NCBI GenBank assembly: GCA_964562855.1
Contig: CAZLVB010000002.1
Location: 1 to 52,585 of the forward strand
Source of the DNA: an uncultured Gammaproteobacteria bacterium
GTDB lineage: Bacteria > Patescibacteriota > Microgenomatia > Curtissbacterales > GWA2-41-24
DNA: 52,585 nt
Direction of reading: 5' to 3'
The notes beneath the pieces are model-generated. The model had not been told where the DNA came from. It saw only the letters and a list, made by a program, of their open reading frames with translations, and searched no databases. The position numbers and the translations under genes are program-made. Each line of letters starts with the position of its first letter. The first letter of the stretch is position 1. This document shows, one piece after another, positions 45,223-52,585 of this stretch.

Positions 45223-46560
45223 ATGATCATCTTCGAATCCACCTTTCCCGCAAATTACAGGGAGAAGGAAATAAAAGCAATATTAGATCTGTTAACCACC
45301 GGAAAATTCTGCCAAATCGTCTGTATTCCGGGCGCGGGCAAGGCTACCATCTTGCGGCTTCTTGCCCACAACCGCGATGTTTTAAAATTTCACCTCAAAG
45401 AAAAAGAGATTAATACTCGCTTTTTTTATCTAAACCTACTTGAGCTTGCTGATTTCAGCCAGGCTGATATTGCCACGTTCATACTTACTCACCTTGAGGC
45501 GAAAGTCGAGGGCTCGCCTGACCCGCTAGCTTTGACAAAAAAAGTTGCTGAATCTGTCAATAAACTGGTCACCTCCGGCCAAAGCGTCTTTCTCCTTTTC
45601 GACCATTTCGACGAATACCAGAACAAGCTGCCCAGACCCCTCTTCCAAATGTTGAGAAATCTGAGGAGTATAGCTAAATATAAGTTCGCTGTAGCCTTCG
45701 CTACAAGGCGAGACTTAGTTCAACTTGTTGATCCTGAAATACTAAAAGATTTCTACGATTTTTTTGTCGACAACTGCGTTTATCTTTCTGTGTATGACGA
45801 ATCCGCCATCAATCTTCTTTTTTTGCAGATTGAGAAAGTTTTTGCAAAGAAGCTTTCAGGCGCTGACAAACAGAAAATCACACATCTTGCAGGCGGACAT
45901 ATCAAACTCACTAAAGTCATAGCGGAATCGTTTCTTCGAGACAACATTTCTCTTGATAGTGCAAACTTACTTACTACACCGATTGTCAAAGCAACACTTT
46001 CTGAGATTTGGCTAACACTTACTGCCCAAGAACAGCAAACCACTAGATCGATTGTCCAAAATCAAAAAGTCGCAGAAGATGCCCTGGAAAATCTTCTCAA
46101 GTTCGACCTGCTCAAAAAACAATTCAACCTGCCTCGCCGGCAGGCAGGCAATACAACAATTCAACCCGCTCCGACTCGCGTCGAGCGAGGCGAGCAATAT
46201 CTCTTTACCATCCCACTTTTTAAAGAATTTGTAGCAAGTATCCCTCCAACCATAATCGAAGAAAAAATCACTTTTGATCCCAACACCAAAGACATACTTA
46301 AAGGCCAAAATCTGCTTACCGATTTGCTTTCGCCTGGCGAATACCGCCTCCTACAGTACTTCATACTCAATCAAGGCAAAGTTGTCACTCGCGACGAAAT
46401 CATCAAGGTTGTCTGGCATGAAGCCCAAATCGCCGAAGGTATCACGGACGAGGCCATTGACCAGCTAATTTACCGGCTTCGCAAAAAAACCGAGGACGAT
46501 CCGAACAACCCAAAACACACACAGACAGTCAAAGGCCAGGGCTTCCGCTTCCAACCCTGA
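45223..46560 (+). CDS. P-loop ATPase-like domain fused to a C-terminal OmpR/PhoB-type winged helix
   Basis: Walker A-like IPGAGKAT, Walker B-like LLFDHFDE, LAGGH. C-terminal LSPGEYRLL..VVTRDEII..VW..IDQLIYRLRKK..TVKGQGF. Confidence 0.82.
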   Translation: MIIFESTFPANYREKEIKAILDLLTTGKFCQIVCIPGAGKATILRLLAHNRDVLKFHLKEKEINTRFFYLNLLELADFSQADIATFILTHLEAKVEGSPDPLALTKKVAESVNKLVTSGQSVFLLFDHFDEYQNKLPRPLFQMLRNLRSIAKYKFAVAFATRRDLVQLVDPEILKDFYDFFVDNCVYLSVYDESAINLLFLQIEKVFAKKLSGADKQKITHLAGGHIKLTKVIAESFLRDNISLDSANLLTTPIVKATLSEIWLTLTAQEQQTTRSIVQNQKVAEDALENLLKFDLLKKQFNLPRRQAGNTTIQPAPTRVERGEQYLFTIPLFKEFVASIPPTIIEEKITFDPNTKDILKGQNLLTDLLSPGEYRLLQYFILNQGKVVTRDEIIKVVWHEAQIAEGITDEAIDQLIYRLRKKTEDDPNNPKHTQTVKGQGFRFQP

Positions 46561-46723
46561 CTTTAAAACATTTAACGTTAATCGGTTACGAGGCTCGTAT
46601 CACGAAACGGGCATCGTCACCGCAGAACTCTTAACGACTGCTTGTGAAAATTAGCCAAAACTGAGGCTATGTGGCTCCACTTTCCGCCTCTTGTTTCATA
46701 TGGTATGGTGCTAGGGAACAGCC

Positions 46724-48358
46724 ATGGAACAACACCCTGTCCCGCAACATATCGCCTCGTTTGAATTCAAACTCTTCGGCAACTTAACAGTCAGACAGTT
46801 TGTAACTCTGGCTATTCCCATGTCTTTTGCGGCCATATTCTTTTTTTCGAATTTAAATCCTATCATCCGATTACCCCTGGCTCTGCTTTTTGGCGGATTT
46901 GGAGTTTTCGCCGCACTCATTCCCATAGGCGGCAGGCCGTTTGACAAATGGGTAGTCGCCTTCATTAAAGCCATCCTTTCACCGACACAAAGGATTTGGG
47001 TAAAAGAAGAAAAAATACCGGAATTCTTAAGTGTGGTCACTTCGCCCTCATACGCAGCTGCAGTTCCCGAAGAAATCACTATCGCCAGCAAAGAAAGGCT
47101 CGTTTCGTATCTTTCGACACTGCCAAAAACCGTCGAAACTCCGCTTGATGTCAAGGAACAAACCGCTATCTCCAGACTCGATTTAACTTCATATGACACA
47201 ACCGGCGGCAGGTTGCCTGCCCCGATCATTTTTGCTTCGCAAACCTACCCACAAGCTCCAGTCTATCTGGGTGCATCTCTTCCTCAACAGAATACGCCTA
47301 CCGGTATTAGAGCAATGAAAGAGCCTGAAGAAGAATATCTGGGCAAAATGGAACAGGCGTTGCCCCAAGTCCATCCCCAGATTCCCAAAGAACAAGCAGC
47401 TCCTACACCAAAGGCGGCAAAAAAACCGCCCAAAAAGGTCACAATTGCCGATCACGCTAAACCGTATACGCTTGCCGGTATCGAAAAAAGGCTTGAAAGA
47501 TCGCAAGAAAAATTGCCAAGCCACACCGGTTTTGAACCGGTAGAACTTATCAAATCGCAGGTAATAGAACCGGCGGCACATTTAGCCGGAGAAAACAACT
47601 TTCTCTACGAGGTTTTCATTCCGGTCAGCCATAGAGAAACGATTAAATTCGTACCCGGAATCGGCAAAACACGTGTGCGAAAATTGCATTTTGCACCTCC
47701 TGTCAATTTCAATATCGCCAATTTACCGATTAGAGGAGAAAGGCGGTTTGAAATCTCCGAAGAATTAAAAAAACTCTATAATATCGAAGACTTGCCGATA
47801 GACAGCGAAGAAGCTCCTCCGGTCGTCTTACCAACTGAATTTGAAAAAAAACCGCAAGAGGCGACAAAGCCCTCTCAAAAACCAAAAGATAACACTGATC
47901 TTTTTAAGGTTGACGAAACGCTCCTTGCAAGCTCAGCCAAGCTTCAGGCAGCACAGGGAGTAACGCTTAAAACCGCAAAAGAAGCAACCCAAGATTCCAA
48001 AATTTCCGTAAATTATCAAAAGTCGCAGGCTGCGCTTGCCTCTGAGGCTTTACAAAAAGCCCAAATTGTCCCTTTAACCTCAAGACCGAATGTCCTCTCC
48101 GGTCTTGTCACAAGAATTGATGGCTCTCCTGTTTCCGGTGCCATTATCACAGTCCGGGATACAAACGGCATTCCGGTTAGAGCCTTAAAAACAAACAAGC
48201 TTGGCCAGTTCCTTTCGGCTACATCTCTCACAAACGACACCTACACTCTGGAGGTCGACAGTCACCAGGCGCATTTTGAACCAATTAAACTCAACCTGAC
48301 AGGCGAAGTTCTCTCACCCTTAGCCATAGAGGAAAAGAAGGGGGATGGAAATGCCTAA
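46724..48358 (+). CDS. PrgI-family protein with a C-terminal carboxypeptidase-regulatory-like Ig domain
   Basis: MEQHPVPQHIASFEFKLFGNLTVRQF, two TMs, GRPFDKW. C-terminal PVRALKTNKLGQF. Confidence 0.85.
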   Translation: MEQHPVPQHIASFEFKLFGNLTVRQFVTLAIPMSFAAIFFFSNLNPIIRLPLALLFGGFGVFAALIPIGGRPFDKWVVAFIKAILSPTQRIWVKEEKIPEFLSVVTSPSYAAAVPEEITIASKERLVSYLSTLPKTVETPLDVKEQTAISRLDLTSYDTTGGRLPAPIIFASQTYPQAPVYLGASLPQQNTPTGIRAMKEPEEEYLGKMEQALPQVHPQIPKEQAAPTPKAAKKPPKKVTIADHAKPYTLAGIEKRLERSQEKLPSHTGFEPVELIKSQVIEPAAHLAGENNFLYEVFIPVSHRETIKFVPGIGKTRVRKLHFAPPVNFNIANLPIRGERRFEISEELKKLYNIEDLPIDSEEAPPVVLPTEFEKKPQEATKPSQKPKDNTDLFKVDETLLASSAKLQAAQGVTLKTAKEATQDSKISVNYQKSQAALASEALQKAQIVPLTSRPNVLSGLVTRIDGSPVSGAIITVRDTNGIPVRALKTNKLGQFLSATSLTNDTYTLEVDSHQAHFEPIKLNLTGEVLSPLAIEEKKGDGNA

Positions 48359-49481
48359 AACAGGCGCCAAAATCAAAGCTTCCACCCAGCAGCATCTTGA
48401 TCTCGATGATATCGCTGATGATCTGATTATTTTTAAAACCGGTTGGGTCGGTTTAGTTTTATCAACAACCGCAGTCAATTTTGACCTTTTATCCGAAGCT
48501 GAACAAGATGCCACAATTTACGCCTATGGCGCTTTTTTGAATTCGCTAACCTTCCCCGTGCAGATTTTAATAAGATCTAAAAAGGCCGACATCACTGCTT
48601 ATTTTAATAATTTAGAGGAAGCAGAAAAGGTTCAGCCGAATCCCGATATCAAAAGGCAAATTCAAAAATACCGCGATTTCATCCAGTCAATCGTTCAGCA
48701 AAGAACAGTCTTGGACAAAAAATTCTACATTATCGTCAATTTTTCACCTTTGGAGTTGGGGTTCAAAGGCCTTACGAAAAGAAACGTTGAAAAAACAAAA
48801 AGTAAAAGGGCGCTAATCGAAGATGCCAAGGCGACTCTGATGCCCAAAAGAGATCATATTATTAAACAATTGGCCAGACTTGGACTTGTCGTGCGGCAAT
48901 TGACTAGCCAGGAATTAATCGAATTGTTTTACGACATTTACAACCCTGCCCCAACAGGCACGCAAAGAGTAATTTTGGACTCGGCATCTTACACTGTGCC
49001 GATAGTCGAACCCGCAGTCGAAGTACCTAGTCCAGCACCGGCGCCACAGCCTCAGTCGAAAGCCGCCGATACCCAACCGCAAAGCCCACCACCTGTGGCA
49101 GAAACTACACCGCCTGCCCCGACACCGCAGTCAAACGCGGCAGGCGAGTCTGACTCGCCACCATCTGGTGCAGGGCCTGTTCCTGATCTGATTCCGGTAC
49201 CCCCGCAGCCAGCACCCGTCACTCCTGCCCCGACACCATTCGCGCAGGAACCAACCGTCCCGGCTCAACCACAGCCGGCAGCCCCCCAAAATCCGCCAGC
49301 CAGCAACCTATCTGGTCAACAAGCAGCAGCTCTTTCTAACTTGCAGCAAGCAGCGGCCAAAGCTGCACAGATGGCGAATAAGCAAAGCTTTTCTGCGAAT
49401 AAGCAAAGCTTTTCTGCGAATAAGCAAACAACCCAAGCCGTCAGCCAAAACAGCCAACAGGAACTAAAGCCGAATGTTTGA
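48345..49481 (+). CDS. VirB4-associated (TraC N-terminal-like) protein with a Pro/Gln-rich tail
   Basis: STQQHLDL, VNFDLLSEAEQDATIYAY..FLNSL.FPVQI, ELIELFYDIYNP. Precedes VirB4. Confidence 0.75.
   Translation: MEMPKTGAKIKASTQQHLDLDDIADDLIIFKTGWVGLVLSTTAVNFDLLSEAEQDATIYAYGAFLNSLTFPVQILIRSKKADITAYFNNLEEAEKVQPNPDIKRQIQKYRDFIQSIVQQRTVLDKKFYIIVNFSPLELGFKGLTKRNVEKTKSKRALIEDAKATLMPKRDHIIKQLARLGLVVRQLTSQELIELFYDIYNPAPTGTQRVILDSASYTVPIVEPAVEVPSPAPAPQPQSKAADTQPQSPPPVAETTPPAPTPQSNAAGESDSPPSGAGPVPDLIPVPPQPAPVTPAPTPFAQEPTVPAQPQPAAPQNPPASNLSGQQAAALSNLQQAAAKAAQMANKQSFSANKQSFSANKQTTQAVSQNSQQELKPNV
49374..49428 (+). repeat. In-frame 21-bp tandem repeat (about 2.6 copies, ANKQSFS)
   Basis: GCGAATAAGCAAAGCTTTTCT x2 followed by GCGAATAAGCAAA. 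Confidence 0.9.
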
Positions 49482-49527
49482 AAAAAATTGAAAATTGAGA
49501 ATTAAAAATTAAAAATTATCGGAGATT

Positions 49528-51390
49528 ATGAGCGTCCTTGATTTACTAAAACCCAAAAAACCCCAAAATGCGCTTCCTGAAAAGGAGAAAAGATGGGCGC
49601 AAACGCTTGCCGGTGGTGTCGTTTCGGTCAAGGATATTGTCGCCCCTCCCGCGATCGAGGTCGATTTCGATTACTTAAAAGTCGGCTCAACTTTCTATAG
49701 GACTTTATTTGTGGTTGGCTATCCACGATTCGTTCAGGCCAACTGGCTTTCGCCTTTAATCAATTTTGAGCACACCTTGGAAATTGCCATGTATTGCTAC
49801 CCGGTTGAAGCCAAGGGGGTGCTTGACGATTTGAAAAGGAAAGTCACCGAAATGGAAGCCACCATCGCCACCGATATCCAGCACGGCAAAGTCCTTGATC
49901 CGGCAGTTCAGGCAGCCTTAGAGGATGCCCAGGTCCTGCAGGAAGAGCTGGTCAAGGGCGCCGAACGCTTCTTCCAGTTTGGGCTCTATGTCACAGTCCC
50001 TGCGGATTCACTTGAAGAATTAGCCTCAGTATCAAAGCAAGTGGAATCGACCCTCGGTGCTCTTTTACTTGTGCCCAAACATGCCACCCTCCAGCAGGAA
50101 GACGCCTTTAAAACTACCCTGCCCCAGGGTACCGATCACATCTACATCACCAGAAACATGGATACCACTTCCCTGGCCACTACCTTTCCTTTTATCTCCT
50201 CGACTCTTTCCAGTAATTCCGGCGTCATGTATGGCGTCAACGAACACAATGGCTCGCTGGTCATCTTTGACAGGTTCACCCAGGAAAATGCCAATGCCGT
50301 CATCTTCGCAAAGAGCGGTGCCGGCAAATCCTACATGGTTAAACTTGAAGCTTTAAGATCCCTAATGTTTGGCACGGAAATTATTGTTATCGATCCGGAG
50401 GAGGAATACAAAAATCTTTGCGAAGCCATAGGCGGCGAATACATTTCGTTCAATTTCAATTCGCCGGCCAAAATTAATCCTTTTGACCTTTCCGGCGTCT
50501 ACGAAGAAGGCGAAAACGAACTTGGCCTAAAAATTCTGTCACTTCACGGTCTTTTGCGGGTCATCATGGGCCAGTTGACGCCAACCGAAGACGCCATTTT
50601 AGATAAAGCTTTGGTTGCCACCTATAAATCCAAAGGCATTACGCCCGATCCGCAAAGTCAGAAAAACGAACCGCCTTTAATGGAAGATCTCTACAAAGTC
50701 CTTCTTGGCATGGAGGAATCGCAGGCAAAGGGCCTTGCCGACAGGATCGAAAAATTCGTCAAAGGGTCTCTAATTGGCATTTTTAACCAGCAGTCCAATA
50801 TCGACATTAAAAACACATTTACTGTCTTTTCGATCAAAGACTTGGAAGATGAACTTAGGCCCATCGCCATGTATCTAATCTTGGACTACATCTGGACACG
50901 CATTAAAAACGACATCAGAAAACGCCTCCTGATTGTTGACGAAGCTTGGTACCTGATGCAGTACCCGGACAGTGCCACTTTTATGTATTCCATTGCCAAA
51001 CGAGCTCGAAAATACTATCTTGGGCTAACAACCATAACCCAGGACGTACAGGATTTCCTAAATACGGATTATGGTAAAGCGATTGTTACCAACTCCTCGA
51101 TTCAGATTCTTCTGAAACAATCGCCGGCAGCCATTGACCAGGTTTCGGAAGTCTTTTATCTTTCCGAAGGCGAAAAGCACCTGCTTCTTTCTGCAGACGT
51201 CGGTGAGGGCATCTTTTTTGCCGGCCCAAACCATGTAGCCATTCGCGTTGTTGCCTCGGAAGACGAACACTATTTGGTTACCACCAACCCTGAAGAACTT
51301 TTGGAAATGCAGAAAAAGAGTGCCGCCGTTCTTAAGGAGTTTGAAGAACAGGCGCCTAAAGACTCCGCTGAATCTCCCCAATCCGTCTAG
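49528..51390 (+). CDS. VirB4-like T4SS ATPase
   Basis: Walker A AKSGAGKS, IVIDPEEEY, INPFD, Walker B LLIVDEAW, KRARKYYLG...ITQ. Confidence 0.92.
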   Translation: MSVLDLLKPKKPQNALPEKEKRWAQTLAGGVVSVKDIVAPPAIEVDFDYLKVGSTFYRTLFVVGYPRFVQANWLSPLINFEHTLEIAMYCYPVEAKGVLDDLKRKVTEMEATIATDIQHGKVLDPAVQAALEDAQVLQEELVKGAERFFQFGLYVTVPADSLEELASVSKQVESTLGALLLVPKHATLQQEDAFKTTLPQGTDHIYITRNMDTTSLATTFPFISSTLSSNSGVMYGVNEHNGSLVIFDRFTQENANAVIFAKSGAGKSYMVKLEALRSLMFGTEIIVIDPEEEYKNLCEAIGGEYISFNFNSPAKINPFDLSGVYEEGENELGLKILSLHGLLRVIMGQLTPTEDAILDKALVATYKSKGITPDPQSQKNEPPLMEDLYKVLLGMEESQAKGLADRIEKFVKGSLIGIFNQQSNIDIKNTFTVFSIKDLEDELRPIAMYLILDYIWTRIKNDIRKRLLIVDEAWYLMQYPDSATFMYSIAKRARKYYLGLTTITQDVQDFLNTDYGKAIVTNSSIQILLKQSPAAIDQVSEVFYLSEGEKHLLLSADVGEGIFFAGPNHVAIRVVASEDEHYLVTTNPEELLEMQKKSAAVLKEFEEQAPKDSAESPQSV

Positions 51391-51502
51391 GTCTCAACAA
51401 TAAAACAATAAAACAATTTAACAATTGACTTCATGGTTAGGCCCGCAGCTTGCGAGGACCGCATGGCACGGTATATATTTAAACTAGCCAGGAGTTTCAG
51501 TC

Positions 51503-51595
51503 CCCTCGAATTCTCTCGGGATAAACTCAAAGCGGTCTAAAATTGCAAAATACCCGGGTAGAAGTCATTTATGCTGAGGAGTGAAGCGACGAAGT
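51503..51595. repeat. Two-arm REP/MITE-like element
   Basis: Arms match 39364-39390 and 39397-39424. Ends at the ATG of the next gene. Confidence 0.7.
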
Positions 51596-52585
51596 ATGCC
51601 TGTAATAACGTCTGCCAAGCCTGCCCAGAATAGTACCTCCACGCTTGAAATATCAACTCTTCAAAAAGATTTAGCTAGTCATCAAAGCACTGCCTCCCAA
51701 AAACTAACTCCGACTCTGACCGAAAGAATCAAGCAAATCTTACCCAAATTTGCTCGTGATTTGCCTAAAGATTCACTGGATCAAATCTCTGCAGAGATTG
51801 CCCAAGAGAGCAGTCAGGACATCCTGGCGAACATCGGTAAGATTAATAACTTTGAGGAGGCCAACACGATAGTTGCCGACAGTCTTACGCAATCAATAGT
51901 CGCCCATCCCCAACTAGAAGGTAGGACCAAGACGAACGAAGGCAAAATATTTGAAAATCTCCTAAAACAAACCGACGATATTGTCCAGGCCCACCAACAG
52001 GATTTACAGAAAGCGGCAGTCTTAGGCTCAATCGTCGCAATTGCCAGGATCCAAAAACCGGATGAACAGCTAAGATCGCAAGTTACTGAAGCTGTAGATC
52101 AAGCCGTAGCCGCACGCATGCCGCTTGCTCAACCTGAAATTAATAAGACCCTATATGGCAACGCTTCCGGCTTCTTGCAAAGTTATCTTGGACATTTTAA
52201 CAAGGACATCGGTCCTCAAATTGCCAGCGGCAAAATTCCTGACTTTAAGACTTATCAGGATATTAAATCAAAAGCCTTTAGTGGAGCTTCAGGCGAATTC
52301 GCAAAGAACGTCAAATTCAAAGGCCGCATTGAGCCCACCGATATTACCAACAGAATTGGCTTCATTTTAGGACTAGACTCAAGTCAAGTTCAGTTTTCGT
52401 CGGTAGGCCAAGCAAAAGGCGTCAACGCTTTCATGATGAGAATGATGCTTTCATCAAACAAAGGCCAGGAAGAATTAGACAACGCACTGCTCAGCCACGA
52501 CAGAAGTTGGCTGGAAAGACAATTCGCCACCTTACGGGGCCAAGTGGAAAGATTTAAAAAACAAAGAAACCTAAGGTACAAAGAC
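51596..52585 (+). CDS. Hypothetical helical protein, 3' truncated (absent from the ORF track)
   Basis: Frame is open for 330 codons from ATG 51596 (MPVITSAKPAQNSTSTLEISTLQKDL...) to the window end. Confidence 0.8.
   Translation, partial: MPVITSAKPAQNSTSTLEISTLQKDLASHQSTASQKLTPTLTERIKQILPKFARDLPKDSLDQISAEIAQESSQDILANIGKINNFEEANTIVADSLTQSIVAHPQLEGRTKTNEGKIFENLLKQTDDIVQAHQQDLQKAAVLGSIVAIARIQKPDEQLRSQVTEAVDQAVAARMPLAQPEINKTLYGNASGFLQSYLGHFNKDIGPQIASGKIPDFKTYQDIKSKAFSGASGEFAKNVKFKGRIEPTDITNRIGFILGLDSSQVQFSSVGQAKGVNAFMMRMMLSSNKGQEELDNALLSHDRSWLERQFATLRGQVERFKKQRNLRYKD

Noticed and set aside
46575-46690. Riboswitch upstream of prgI
   Set aside because: Only short hairpins, with no aptamer consensus I can recognise
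118-52581. Numerous short antisense or overlapping ORFs in the track (e.g. 118..549, 16682..17149, 42469..42945, 52125..52370)
   Set aside because: Shadow frames of well-supported genes

Overview
Window from a reduced-genome bacterium. Gene content and organisation point to Patescibacteria/CPR, Microgenomates-like (inference). It has four parts. (1) 1-9.3 kb is an accessory region ending at tRNA-Asn. It holds single-gene and TA 'cassettes' (DinJ-YafQ, BrnT-BrnA, Csp, MscS, CNNM/CorC, membrane proteins) separated by two families of short repeated junction sequences, with no integrase in the window. (2) 9.3-16.6 kb holds surface-modification genes (GT-C/ArnT, YfhO, and a carbamoyltransferase + SxtJ-like + DUF5989 trio). 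(3) 16.6-32 kb is core: rpoD, dnaG, all four tRNA-Ser isoacceptors plus tRNA-Arg(GCG), a free-standing LAGLIDADG gene, comF, smpB, tmRNA and a SpoIID-domain gene. (4) 32-52.6 kb is a CPR-type T4SS/pilin locus (six VirB2-like pilins, an SLT-domain protein, VirB6-like, PrgI, VirB4), interrupted by a cobalamin-riboswitch-controlled hypothetical gene. The best leads are the repeat-bounded cassette array beside tRNA-Asn, two tRNA-like mini-elements with double-hairpin inserts at the same T-loop position, the B12 riboswitch on an uncharacterised Zn-ribbon gene, and four-helix-bundle elements with matching empty sites. All calls are by eye, without database searches.
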